NCBI GenBank assembly: GCA_002269645.1
Contig: NIVC01000138.1
Coordinates: 146,442-210,441 of the forward strand
DNA length: 64,000 bases
Direction: 5' to 3'
Origin: Macrostomum lignano
Taxonomy: Eukaryota
The notes under the pieces are model-generated. The model searched no databases, was not told the origin of the DNA, and saw only the letters and a program-made list of their open reading frames with translations. A program made the position numbers and the translations under genes. Positions 48,201 through 61,135 of the stretch are shown here, one piece after another. The first letter of the stretch is position 1; the number at the start of each line of letters is the position of its first letter.

Positions 48201-51200
48201 GTACTCTTTTGTTCAACTCTTGAATTCAAAGGAGCCCAGACTCGCTTCTCAGGGTGGAAGGAAGGGACAGCAATATTTTCTCCCTTCAAGAGGCTTCCGA
48301 TTCCGCTGATTATTGTCCAGCACCTCCGACTCGCCCCCCCCTTTAACCGGCTGAGAATTTACAGCGTCTTCTTTTTCAGAAAGAGAGGGACAATTTCCTC
48401 TAGGGCATTTCTCCTCACCTTGGCTGCATCAGCAAATCTGTATGTCATTCGCAGCTTTGCCTCCATAATCAGCAGGCCAAGTGGACATCCATTTCCAGCT
48501 AGGATTTTTTACGACAGCCGATGGGGCCATTTTTCAGGCTATAGATTTTTTTGGAAGCGAAAATTTATGACTGCGACAACCGCGACGCACGTGCGGCCCT
48601 CCCCGTAGCGCTCTGTACGACAGGTGATTTCCTGACTAAATAATAATAATAAAACTATCGATAATGCCCGTCCGTCTCCCTCCCAGATGAAGATTGAGGA
48701 GGCTGACTGAGGAGACAAGATTCCAGATTTCGAAGCCTAATAGGTGACAGTGCCAAATCAGCCGTTTGAAATCACCAGTCAGTATTAGCTATAGCTAAGT
48801 AATAAATAATTGGACTAATTTAGCCGGTGCAAAAGAAGCAATAAAGCGCAATAAGCTTGAATCCGAAAAGCGAAGATAAGAAGCTAATAAGCGTAAATAG
48901 GTTAGTTAATGTAGAAAAACAGAGTCCGATAGGATTGAACAAAAAAATGAAGCCTGCACCCAAAGCGGCAAGGTAAAGCCAGCATGCTAAAAGGAGACTG
49001 ACTAGAAAGATCTCGATAAATATTGAAGCATTGATGGCGCTCTCTATGTAATAATGGAAAATAGTGGCAGGCGCTCTAAATATGTACAAGGTAGGGCAGA
49101 CTGGAGCAGCTTGGGATTAAGCTGGCCGCCGCTGCTGTAACTGCTGTCGCATACTGCGGCTGCTGCTGCTGCTGCTGGTTCAGCATCGGCATAACAAAGG
49201 GCACGGCCAGTGCTGCCGCCGATGACTCATCACTGATTTGAAGCTGCTGCTGCTCAGCCATCAGCTTCCTCTTTTTAGCGACGCCAGCCAGCGACTGAGC
49301 ATCTGACGGCGGCGGCGGTCGCAAGCCGGCAGCTGCGGCGGCGGCCGCGGCCGCTGCTTGGTGATGATAAGCCGCCGCAGCAGCAGCCGCAGCCGCCGCT
49401 GGGCCACCGTCAGGGCCGCCGCCATCACCGCCGTCGCCGGCAGTGGAAGAGGATGAGGAGGAGGCGAAGGCGGAGGCAAAGCCGGTGACGCCGCTGTGCG
49501 CAAAGCGGCTCTATAGCAGGGCAATGGCAGAGTAAAAAAAATTTGGAGCAAAGACGGTACAGGAGAGTCGCATGCGATGCTCAGTGCTTGCTGGGGGGGG
49601 GTTTAGATTTTGAAGCTGCTGCACGCAACAGAGACCAGACGCACTGCTTAGGTGTATTTTATGACTATTTTTGCCATTTAAATGTTTCTATTATGAGCGT
49701 ATTTGAGCTACTAAAGTCCAGCCTGAACGGTGGAAAGGTGAGTGCATTAACCTTTGATGCGCGTCTGATCTGTGCTGCCAAGGCGCATAGCTCGTACAGT
49801 AGCGGCGGTGCATGCGCTAATATTAATTATTAGTATTTAAAATGTAATATAAAATGTAATTATTAATAGTAAGCAAAGGAAAGGTCAGTATAGCATTCAA
49901 CGGGTCGCGCAGAAGCGGATTGTTTATACGACGACTTAAATTTGTTAGTAAAAGTTATTCAGTTAGTTTAAAAATTGTGCGAAAATAAACTAAATAAATC
50001 GCGATAATGTTAGTCTTATTCTTATTTTATTAAACGACCATACGTAGAAATGTAGAAGAAAGTTGTTTTACAGCTAATGTGTGGGCACGCCATCCCATTC
50101 TTTGATTTTCAAGGCGATTTCCAAATCCTTCATCCCTTCTCTCACCTATCCAGTTAACTAATTTGAGCGCACTAGCTAGTTCCGCCTTTGAGCGCAGCAG
50201 CTCCATAGTGGCACCTGCTGCTCCCTTGCAGTGACTGCATAATTGCTCTAAGCTGTGCGGCCTTAATTTTAGCTAGCAGGAGGCACAAGGAGAGGAGTTG
50301 AATCCGCAGTCGCTGAGAGAGGCGAACAGCGCGGGTAGAAAATGATACGCTTGAGACGAATAGGCAGTTTCGCTGCCCGATAATAGGGACTATTTATTAT
50401 GGTTAAAGAGAATAGGGGGCTTTTTTTAGGCAAAACGAGATGCAGAAAGGGGGGACGCAAGGTCGGAGAGAGGGTGAGATCTCGGCTTTGTCCTCAAATT
50501 AGGCCTTCCCCATACCTGTGTATTTTGTTTCGGGGGCCTTCTCAGTCTCATCCTCCATCCCCCCCCCCAGCCTGTCATCTGAAGGGCTGAGCGAATTTTT
50601 TGCCGACTCTTTTGCGTGCTGCGCTGATGGAATAGGAGACTGAAAGGAAACGGAGCAAGCTAGAGTAGTGATAGGAAAAGGGTGCCGGAAGCAGACAGAT
50701 CCGAGTCTACGAAGTTGCAGATGCCAGACGGCGCTTGTTGCATCCCAACAACAGCCAACCACCCCCGTTTTCCTCGTTTCGTGCCAGTTTACCGATCACG
50801 AAGCCCTCCGCTCGTTGATCTGCTCGGGCTGCTCTGTGGAGCAGTTTAAACTTTGCTTTTTCCCGTCCTCATTAGTTAAATTCTCCTTTTGAGAAGCACA
50901 AATTCGTCCAATAATTATGTTTAAAAACAACAAGATACGAGTATGTGTCTTGATGCTTCAATAAATCTTGTTTCACAGTTCAGCGTGGAAGGCTGTTTGT
51001 TCTATAGTTCACCTTGTACTGGAAGGCTGTATGTTCTATAGTTCACCTTGTACTGGAAGGCCACCTGTTCCACAGTTCACCTTGTACTGGAAGGCTGCCT
51101 GTTCCACAGTTCAGCGTGTGCAGGAAGGCTGCCTATTCCACAGTTCACCTTGTACTGGAAGGCTGCCTGTTCCACAGTTCAGCGTGTACTGGAAGGCTGC

Positions 51201-54200
51201 CTGTTCCACAGTTCAGCGTGTACTGGAAGGCTGCCTGTTCCACAGTTCACCTTGTACTGGAAGGCTGCCTGTTCCACAGTTCAGCGTGTACTGGAAGGCT
51301 GCCTGTTCCACAGTTCAGCGTGTGCAGGAAGGCTGCCTATTCCACAGTTCACCTTGTACTGGAAGGCTGCCTGTTCCACAGTTCAGCGTGTACTGGAAGG
51401 CTGCCTGTTCCACAGTTCAGCGTGTACTGGAAGGCTGCCTGTTCCACAGTTCAGCGTGTACTGGAAGGCTGCCTGTTCCACAGTTCAGCGTGTACTGGAA
51501 GGCTGTATGTTCCACAGTTCAGCGTGTACTGGAAGGCTGCCTGTTCCACAGTTCACCTTGTACTGGAAGGCTGCCTGTTCCACAGTTCAGCGTGTACTGG
51601 AAGGCTGCCTGTTCCACAGTTCAGCGTGTACTGGAAGGCTGCCTGTTCCACAGTTCAGCGTGTACTGGAAGGCTGTATGTTCCACAGTTCAGTGTGTGCT
51701 GGAAGACTGTATGTTCCACAGTATGTTCCACAGTTCACCTTGTACTGGAAGGCTGCCTGTTCCACAGTTCAGCGTGTACTGGAGGGCAGCCCGATACACA
51801 GTTCAGGAGAGTATCGCGGTCCACATATCAACAAAAAGTTACAAGATTACGGTCATAAAATCTCTTAGCCGTAAAAATCAGTATATCAGCGACCTTCCAA
51901 TAACTCCTTGTCACTTGAAAACAAACGGTTTCCAGTGTAAAGCCATGCAAATATATCCAAAAAGGAGTTGCAGCCTATAGCAGGGGATTTCGCTAAGCCA
52001 TCTGGAATGGGGCACGTGGGGTAGAACCGGAGTGAAAAACAAGCATTCCAGGATGCAGAAAGTGAGCCGCCAGCCGGAAAGCGTGATTGATGGTCACTTC
52101 AATAGCGAGAGGACCCGAGTGTCTATAATATAGCTGGCTTTTTGAAACCCTAAAACGCGCCTAGCCCCGATCGGATGACTAAAATCTGCGGCCACTAGTC
52201 CTGTCCGTCGTTGTTTTTACTTTTGCCTTTGTGCATTAAAAGCAGTTTTAGAACGGGAAATCGGAAAGCAAAAGCCACCAGCAGGGATAAATTTGTCCAT
52301 GTCTAATTCGTTCACCTATCGCTGAAGTGCCCGTATTTTTCTCGCATAAAAGTAGAAGAGCGATTAGGCAATGATGGTTTTAACGCTTGGGATATAACAA
52401 ATCCGTGAACCCCGCCATCCTCTGATGCATTCTACTTTGAATGCAAATCCCCCGGGGAGTCGATCCACTCCCAGCTCGGTGGGCAACAACAATACTGGCG
52501 GGATGTTCCACTGTTGGGGAGCGGCGATGGGAATCGCGATCCCGGTTAAAATAGTAGTGGGTCCGAGACCATCAGGCTGTAACAACACGGGGGTGTCTGT
52601 GTGCGCGGATCTTTTACCAACTCGGCACAGGCTACGGAGAGCGAATTTAGAGGGCCAGCTAGGAAGGAAAGCAGAAAAAATGGTTTCCAGAAATCGGATG
52701 GGCAAGCAAGCCACCTCATCCTCCGCTGGGAGCCCAACAAAAAGAAGAAAGCTGTAGAGGAACTACGAAGTTGATGAAAAGTTCGGGTTCTCTCTCCGGA
52801 TGCTTTTCAGCTTTGCCCCCTTCGCTTTCTTTCAGGGTTTACTTGCTTTTGCTGAGAGCGACTAAGTCATTAATCACTGGGTTAGGGAGCGGGCCTGAGA
52901 CTCGGAGCCGTGCCACGCCGGACCCGCAACCACAAGACAAATGGGGGTGGAACAGGATGGCACCGAGGCCTGGCGGGCAAGGGCCGCCTCTCTCCCCACT
53001 CTTTCGCATAATTAGCTTCTCTCCCAAGGACCAGATCCCCCTATTCGTTTCTTTGCATTCCGCTCCTATTTTTGCATCCGCATAGAAACTTTGCTTGTGG
53101 CTGTTTGGCCCGCCCGTCCCAGCCTCCGCCGTCTGCCCCTCTCCAGCTGCAGATGCAGTCAGAATTCGTACCGCACGGCACCCGGCCTGTCAAAGTGCCC
53201 CCGACTGACCGACTGCGCCTCTCCCGGAATTGGGGAGGGTAGGAAGAGACGAAGAATGAGGCCAACGAAGGGAGATTCCAACCGTTCGCTGCTCGGGTGG
53301 TTGCAAGTACCAACTTTGCCTTAGAAATGAGAGAAGGATAAGGTTTTGCCTCGGTAGCTACTCCCTCTTCCCGGATTCCTTCCACATAGCCCTCGTCATT
53401 TGTCATTGGGCGCCTTGGGGCTTTGCAGAATCCGGGAGGCGGGCGCATTCAGCAACCAACTGTTACCCCCATTTGAGAGTGTCTGCTGCCGCGAATGCAT
53501 CAACAGCCGATGCTTGACGAGAAGGGAAGGGGGAAAACAGATTTACCTCTCATCTGCCTTGTTTGCCGTCTTTTGCTTGCTCCTATTACGCTAGGACTTC
53601 CAGGTGACTCACTTACAGCTTCTTACTGGCCAGGGGGCATTAGCCACATCTTGATTACACCAAAGGAGCCCGAAATTCTTTCCCGCTTACTCTCGTCTTA
53701 CACGCTTCGTGCGACCATCTGAGTGTCTCGCCAATGGTGACTCACGCGAGCATAGTCGGCGGGGCAGCATTTCTGCCTTGCTGCGTCGGAGTGCGGCGCA
53801 GCGCAGCTGATCCGAGGGATTTTTTTCTGCGAACCGACCGACAGCCAGCAAGTCAGGCCAAACCAAGCGTCTCCCTCCCCCTCTCCCTATCTGCCGTGAC
53901 TCACGTTTGGCAAGATAAGACAGCATCGCTTGTATTCGAAATAGCTAGCTATAGGCATGGCACGTGTGGCTTGGCTGCACGCAGCAATCTTTAATCCCAA
54001 TGTGCACGACGCAATGCGCTGTTTGGGGTCTGCGCATGGCGGATAGGGTCAGGGAATAGGCACGGCCCGGACCACAACAACCAGTTGGTGGTCCCGCGGC
54101 CTGAAATTCGATACAGACGGAGAGGCAATCGTGCGCCAAGAGCTAACTTTCAAAGACTTCTGCTCGATTTTTGGCAAATTCCTTCCTTATAGTAGATAAA

Positions 54201-57200
54201 CAAGTAGTCCGTGAGTAATCAATTCCAGCTATCTGCATCGGCGGAGAAGCATGCCTGTTTATCGTACTACATATCAGAAAATGTACGACAGCAACTGTAC
54301 CTTTTGTGTACTGTTGCATTAAAGCGATACAACAGGCAGTTTATATAACGCCGTACAACTTGCATAATTCTTATAGTCAAGCAGTATAAGACCTAAGGCC
54401 TGTACTTAGAATTGCTTGTCCAAAAACGAAAACTAGACTGGGCCGCATTTGCCCGCAGTTCCACAGCATAAAACAACATTTTATTGGCCCAAAATAAACC
54501 CCCCGCCATACACAAACAATCATCATGGCCTTTCTCTTGTGCTCACACCGACACTCGTTCACTGCAATTATTCACACTAGCGGCTTCTAAATTTGCGCAA
54601 TAGAAACATTTTTATGCACCAACCGCCCTGTTGGTCAAGTGCGCAAGGATTATGCTAATTTGCAGCGCAATTCTAGCCCGGAACGCGGGAGAGCGAATAC
54701 AAAGAAAGGATATATTGAAGACAGAGCAGGCTCTAATTAGACTTATTTGACTCAACCTTCCAGCCTTCGTACATGTAGGGCGTCGTGGACCAATGTGTCC
54801 ATTGACGGCTAAATGACACGTACTCCGAAAGTATTCTCCTCTCATAATATGTTGAGCAGCAGCAGCAAGCACGATGAGCCAATTTTAGCGGTTCCGCATT
54901 CGCGGTATCGAGTGTCATCGCGCGGAAAGATGGGCCCCCAACCAGCCAGCCCATTTTCGGTCGCTGCTGGCACATTGCGGTTAAATATATGCGGTCCCGG
55001 CGGATGGGATGATGGATGCTGCAGGCCGCATCAGTGCTATCGCGCAGTCGGCCTTTTCTATTCCCTATCTATTTCCCCGATGCCAATGGCTTAAAAAGCT
55101 CGAGCCTTGTCGCATTGCCCGGCTTTAGATGCATTTTGCCATCTTTTCTGCCTCTCTATCTCTCTCTGCGCTACTCTGAAATCTAGAATACTACATGCGA
55201 CAGCGGCTCGGGAGCCAAGCCAGCAAGGCCATAGAGATACACTGCCGGTGCGCGTTCCTCCTCATCTGCTGCCTCCCAGCGTTCGATTCTTGCGCCCTCG
55301 ATTCTCCGTCCGCGCGCATATTTCTCTCTCCAAATTTAATATGCGTGCCATTACAATTTTCATTGCGATTGCGAGCCAAAATTTGCATACCGCCCCCGCC
55401 ACCGCCAAACCCTGCTGCACGGCGCCCTGCGCAATAGTCAGAAACGCGTGCAATGCCGCAATGCCAGTGCGCCCGTTGCGAGGCTGGCTTGAAAAGAAGA
55501 AGCATTGAAAGAAAACGAGAAGAGGGGGGCATCGATAAAGTAAAAGACGAGAGAAACTCCCCGACTATTAGGATGGCATTTGAACGAAACTAAAAACCCA
55601 ATTTTTTTTAAAAACTGGAATGCTGGGCTTGTAATAATCACGCATAAAAGCATCAGATAGAATCAAAGATTGCTACTGCTGTACTGGAAGATCAAATTTC
55701 AACGAATTTAGCCAATTCTCGTCTTCTCTTTAAATTGCGTATTTTTTATCTTGAACTATTTCCGAGCGATTTTTTATTTTGTTTGAAAAACTTGTGCCAT
55801 TTTTATTAGGCAGATTATTAGCAGTTAATATTTCTTTATCTGAGGTATTATAGTAGAGCTTCCATGGTTTGAGCGGAGTGCATTGGCGTGTGAGAATCTG
55901 TCTCTCACTCTAAAATTCTATTTCCATTGCATTTACTTGGGTAATTTAGGCAGACACCAGCGTGGCATTGGATGGCGTGCAGAAGCTGGGACTTTGGCAA
56001 ACGGTTGACAGACACCCGTTGTTTCTTATAGCGTGACCAGCACGGATTCGCAAACACACTGACAGGCCACTCGTTCACACAAAGTGTCAGTCAACGCTAT
56101 AGCAGGCTGAATGCTCCTTTCCTCGCTGCTGCGCCCTCTGTTGCCTCTAACTCTACCAGCCCTTTTCTATCGCAATTGGAATTCTTACCAATGGGATTAT
56201 GAATTATTCCGCTACGCCAGACCCCGCGCGCAAACGGCAGAGAGGAGAAAATCCCCACCGATGGACGGACTGTGCCAGTTGCAAAAAATATGCCACAGAA
56301 AAAATCGTGCAAGCCATACAGTAGCTGGATAGCCACAGCGATAACCAACCACGGCGCCGGTCCCCGGCAGACGACAAAGTTTCAACAACAAAAAACAATA
56401 GCAAAAACAGAATCAGCTGTGGCTGTAGCAACAGTACACGATACGCATGTACGAATGAAATAAAAAAGGACAGGCGCTTAAAGACCAGGCGAATATCGCA
56501 TTCCACAGATAAAGTGGGATAAACACGGTGGCAGGCATAGCGATTCGTTTCCCAACCGCTTCCCTCTGCTGACAGCGCGAGGCCTCTCCCCTCTCCTAGT
56601 GTCCGTGTAGTGACCTATTGCGCCTGGTCATGTGCAAAAACAAACTGTAAGGTCACTGCCAGACATGTAGACCCGAAGTTGTAAATTTGATAGCAACCCG
56701 CCTTCAACCAGGCATTTTCAGACGCCCATTCCACCTTTAACGTGTCGCCTCCCAATAGAATCTTATCCATAAGGCAGGAGTGCCGTTGTCGTAGTCTGAA
56801 CAAACTGACAATTCCTTTGCCAACCAGATCCCACCTACGTCCACTTCCCCCAAAATCCTACTGGAGTTGGGAAGAAACACGCGCATTATGCGAAGCAGCA
56901 TGATCATATCGCCATTTCTTACCCATAGCTACTCACTAAACGGCGCCAACACGGTGCTGGGCAGAATAAAAGAGAAAATTGCGAGTGAGAGAAGAGTGAA
57001 ATAATCTGACTGGCTTAGGGGCGCCTTGTGAAGGGGTCACCGCGCGTCAGGCGACCTGCAATGCAGCATTTTCCCCTTTTACCTCTCTCTCCCGCGCTTT
57101 CGGGCTCACCCGCACTTCACAACCGGAGAACTTGGGGGGGGGGGTATCCTCGGATATCGCGGGTCTACTGAAGAGTTACACAGACACTCGGCAGTTTACT

Positions 57201-60200
57201 CCAGTTAGATCCCCCTTGCATAGCTACTCAGCTCGCACACCTGGCGCCTTCAGCACACCCGAGAGCAGAATTAGAGGCTTAACAGACAGAAGAACCGGAG
57301 GAAGGAAGAAGGGCCAGAGCAAAAACTCGATCTATGTCTATAGTAGCGGCTAGCTAGTCTCGCATATAATGCATTGTTTCGTCTCTTTATTATATTGCGC
57401 GTTCCTGACATTTGGCAAGCTTGATTCATACAGCTTGACTAGGACCACACGGCAAGCGGATTAGGTCTCACTAGATAGCTAAACTATAATACCGAACTCC
57501 AAGTTATTCAACTTTGTAGCAGTGCATAGCTAGGATACACAATTTGTCCTCAATGGGTTAATAGCGACTCTAGGAATTGCTCTGTATCTCTCTGACTAAC
57601 TAGTTACAGCTATGACTCTTATATACCCAGCAATATGACTGCATTTTGTAGAGGCGAGATAACAGCTCTCAGTCTGTGCGCTTGTGCGGCATAGCAATTT
57701 TACCGCACCCACACACGCACAAACATATTACAGTTGAGTCTGGCTTCAGCTTATCTATTCGATTGCGAGTGGGTTTTTTTAGAGAGGCTTTCGGTTTGTT
57801 TTACTGCCGAGGTTCCCAGATTGCTGCTGCTGCGGATAATGGCCGGGAGGTAAGGGGGCGCTGCAGAGGGGAGTCGAACTGCAGACTTGCGCGGTATCTA
57901 TCAACCAGTTCACTGGTTGTATTTCGACGAATGACCGACCCCTCGGTGTGAAGTCATTTTTATTGCCTTCTTACGAATTCGCTATCTTGTGTGTACCGAA
58001 TGTGAGCAGCACCCAAAAATCCCCCCGCCACTCCCAGATTTCCTTTGCTCTTATCGATGAGCAGAAATAATCATAATAAATAATACTAAAATACAATATA
58101 TTGATGAAAAAAGTAATAAAAAGGAAGGAATGGGAAATGGATAGAGGGGAGTCATGGAGGGGTCATAGATTCATGTAGGGAATCATTGAGTCATGAAGAA
58201 GATTATAGTCATGGAGGGGGTTATAAAGTCATGGAGGGGTTATAAATTCATGGGGATTATAGATTCATGGAGGGGGTTATAGATTGAGGAGGGAATAAGG
58301 AATTAAGGAGGGAATCATTGAATCATGAAAAAGATTATAGAGTCATGGAGGGGGTATAGAGTCATGAAGGGGGTTATAATCATGGAGGGAATCATAGTCA
58401 TAGTCATAGAAAGTCTCTTTGAGTCAGAGGGTCAGTGAGACTCAGATGACATGCAGAACAGAGCCTTTGAAAGACATAAAACGCATTTGACCTTGAAAGC
58501 ACACAGTTATCAAGAGCTAAACTATGATTATTTAGTGGCATTGACTAGTAAGGTACAATTAAAGGGCAAATCAGCCACCACCTCCCCCCCAAAAATGGTA
58601 CTTTGCCAATTGTGAAAAAAAACGGTCGCCATTAATTAAAAGCCGCTATTGGCCAATTGCTACAAATAAACGCTTAGAAAGCGGCGCTTTGCATAAACTG
58701 CACATACACTGAAGCGGACGAAGAGGCAGAGATGAAGGGCAGAGAGAGAGAGATGAAGGGGAGAGAGATGAAGGGGAAGAGAGAGATGAGGGTTAAAATT
58801 GCATACTGCCGTAAAATTTGATTTATTCATGAGAGCTAGCTCATGGCCAACCTCAACTTGCATAGCGCAAGAGAAAGCTGCGACTGCTCCAAAATGTACC
58901 CCCCCACCTAACTTGTGACCCGCTTTCGGCTGAGTACCCGGTATAAGAGCCCACTCACGACTCTGTTCCCTTTAGCTTCTCTCCCTGCCTCTGCTGCTCC
59001 ATCTGTTTGCGGCGCGTTCGCTTTTGCGGCGCGTCAGTCGCGCGCTTTCTAAACGTAAAAAGAGCATCGGCATTGGATTTTGAGCTAGCCGGTGTGAGCA
59101 CTGCTAAGGCATTCAGAGTAGCTAACTGGCCTAACCCTATATTCAAGGATGCTCATTCTCTGCCAAAGCCTTACTGATGTGAGAGCACGAGTCTAGAGTC
59201 TCAAGTCGTATATTACGGTCTCTGACACTGAAATGTCACCCTGTGCTGGGTGTCTCTGACACTGAAATCTCACCCTCTGCTGGGTGTCTCTGACACTGAA
59301 ATCTCACCCTGTGCTGGGCGTCTCTGACACTGAAATCTCACCCTGTGCTGGGTGTCTCTGACACTGAAATCTCACCCTGTGCTGGGTGTCTCTGACACTG
59401 AAATCTCACCCTGTGCTGGGTGTCTCTGACACTGAAATCTCACCCTGCGCTGGGTGTCTGACACTAAAATCTCACCCTGTGCTGGGCGTCTTTGACACTG
59501 AAATCTCACTCTGTGCTGGGCGTCTCTGACACTGAAATCTCACCCGTGCTGGGCGTCTCATCTCATTTAGGCGCCCCAAACGAGCTCGAACTTGCTTTGG
59601 GATTGGGAATATTATTGATTTGGAAATCGCACACCAGATCCCGGCACCCATTATTCCAATCCGACAATCAGCAAATCCTTCATTCCCCGTAAATGCTATC
59701 TAGACGCTAACCTCGGGAGGACTCATTCCGGGATTGCAATTCCAATAGGAAAATTTACATGCAAATTCCGGTCAAACCCCCATTACTGGTATCAGCATTT
59801 TTTCTAGGTTCAGCCGGAAAAATCATTGGGGTAAAAATTGGCCCTAAGCCTGATGGATGGCGGGCCCGCATAGCGGTCTATACAAATTTGTTAATAATAG
59901 GGAGTAAGTATAGTATTAATAATATATATAATACATGTAAGTAGTTCTGACGCACATATTTAGTTATAAGTTGATAGCTCGTAAATCTATCCTACGAAAG
60001 GCAAAAGTTATAGCAACTTACGCTCATATGCAGCAAAGCGGCACGTACAAAGCGAATATAAAAAGTATAGATATTTAATTAGTCATCCTACATGTAACTA
60101 AATTAAGCGAATTGCAAGCGGCGGTTATTAAATATATAAATAATACAGTCATGATTATCCAGCCAATTAAATTTGCAGGCTAAAAACGCAGATCTAGGTA

Positions 60201-60862
60201 ATTTGGCAACAACATTTATCGTTAGAAATGGATTCTATTATAGCTGCTCAATTCAATAATCTGAGGGGATTTATTAGCTCCAGTCAACCCAAACCGCAAT
60301 ACCCATACGGCCATACTAAGCTATCGCTTAAAAAACTGATAAAAAGTAAGCAATTAAAAATCACAAATTAAAACCATTAGCCAGCAGAGCTAGTCAAGCG
60401 GGGCTGGTTTAGCAAACAAACTAGACTCCCTTTAAAAGCTTGAAACTTGCGTTGTGCGGCGGTGAAGCAATCGTTGCTGTTTTAGATAAGTCTCAAAACT
60501 AATTAGTGATCCCCATAGCTGCTCTAGGTGAACACCAGGATTTGAAAACTCACATCTCGATTGTCAAGCTTCATGCCTTGGCCGGCGCTGCCTCCTCCGC
60601 TGTTGCCGCCACCGCCGCCAGCTCCGTTGATTCCGTTCATGCTCTGCTGCTGCTGCTGCTGTTGCTGATGTTGTTGCTGATGTTGTTGCTGCTGCTGATG
60701 CTGTTGCAGGGACGCCGTCTGAGACTGCGGCGGCGGCGGCGGCGGGGGTGGCGGCGGCCCTCCGCTAAGAAGAGCGTCGGCTGCGGCGGCGGACATGACT
60801 GGCAGGCCGCCGGTGCCCAGGTAGCCGGTGTAGGTCGGCGCCGAGGTGACCGCGGCCGCCAT
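42056..60862 (-). CDS. mbl: Muscleblind-like (MBNL family) gene, partial model; join(complement 60862..60554, 49510..49088, 42224..42056), 3' end unresolved; CCCH fingers not located
   Basis: The 42 kb exon encodes KRPAVADNKSGIPVYQPAASYQQL...FIPTS(CE), matching the invertebrate Muscleblind C-terminal KRPA.EKSGIPVYQP...YQQL...PVS motif as I recall it. The 60.8 kb exon ends in ..NRD, as Mbl does just before the first finger. The three exons have GT-AG ends and join in frame (phases 0,0,1). The family call is firm for the 42 kb exon; the connectivity is inference. Confidence 0.6.
42352..43322. repeat. 35-bp minisatellite (GATTAGGGATCAGGGACTGTGGATCATGGATTAAG) x about 27
   Basis: Tandem copies with occasional 36/40-bp variants. 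Confidence 0.96.
45560..45890. repeat. About 40-bp degenerate minisatellite (AGCCTGTCCGTCTGCATATGCCTCATTGTCTGTCTTC)
   Basis: About 8 copies. Confidence 0.85.
47186..47402. repeat. 36-bp minisatellite (CCATTCTATATCTCATCGGCGGGATAGATTAGCAAT) x 6
   Basis: Near-perfect copies; one more partial unit at about 47013. Confidence 0.93.
49088..49510 (-). CDS. mbl: Ala/Gln-rich exon of the muscleblind-like locus (SRFAHSG...AKKRKL...LPYL)
   Basis: Polypyrimidine acceptor TTTTTTTACTCTGCCATTGCCCTGCTATAG|AGC, 141 open codons, GC-rich coding style. The donor CTT|GTACAT is weak; read-through stops at 49076. Confidence 0.6.
50968..51795. repeat. 34-bp minisatellite (TTCCACAGTTCAGCGTGTACTGGAAGGCTGCCTG) x about 24
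   Basis: Tandem copies; all three + frames are open. Confidence 0.96.
58135..58405. repeat. Degenerate about 20-bp repeat (GTCATGGAGGGGGTTATAGA)
   Basis: Recurring TCATG(G/A)AG..TTATA units. Confidence 0.7.
59218..59560. repeat. 34-bp minisatellite (TCTCTGACACTGAAATCTCACCCTGTGCTGGGTG) x about 10
   Basis: Tandem copies. Confidence 0.95.
60554..60862 (-). CDS. mbl: Probable first coding exon of the muscleblind-like locus (MAAAVT...polyP/polyQ/polyG...MKLDNRD)
   Basis: ATG at 60862, 103 codons, donor GAT|GTGAGT at 60553. Acceptor TTTGCAG| lies 18 nt upstream of the ATG (exon starts at 60880). Confidence 0.65.
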
Positions 60863-60917
60863 GCCGCTGTTGATTAGCGGCTGCAAATTGTGGGATGGGG
60901 GAAGGCATAGTTGCATT

Positions 60918-61135
60918 TCAAATCCCAGTTCCTACTGGTCAAATCCCAGTTCCTACTGGTAAAATCCCAGTTCCTACTGGTCAAATCCCAGTTCCTACTG
61001 GTAAAATCCCAGATCCTACTGGTCAAATCCCAGTTCCTACTAGTCAAATCCCAGTTCCGTCTCGTCAAATCCCAGTTCCTACTGATCACATCCCAGTTCC
61101 TACTGGTCAAATCCCAGTTCCTATTGATCAAATCG
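60918..61135. repeat. 21-bp minisatellite (AAATCCCAGTTCCTACTGGTC) x about 10
   Basis: Tandem copies ending 36 nt before the acceptor on the minus strand. Confidence 0.94.

Noticed and set aside
49261-49300. Alternative-frame SRWLASL resembling Mbl SRWLQLE
   Set aside because: Stops after 11 codons, has no Cys, and is in the wrong phase for the upstream donor.
50968-51980. Three overlapping Cys-rich ORFs of about 300 aa
   Set aside because: All three frames are open because the 34-bp unit lacks stops; not a metallothionein-like gene.
54070-54139. Minus-strand peptide LSVCIEFQ resembling Mbl LEVCREFQ
   Set aside because: No following CCCH spacing, no SRW/L lead-in, and no suitable splice sites; treated as chance, though worth a tblastn check.
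57845-57900. Plus-strand RGRCRGESNC resembling finger 2 (KGRC.R..C)
   Set aside because: Wrong strand for the mbl locus and lacks the terminal His motif.
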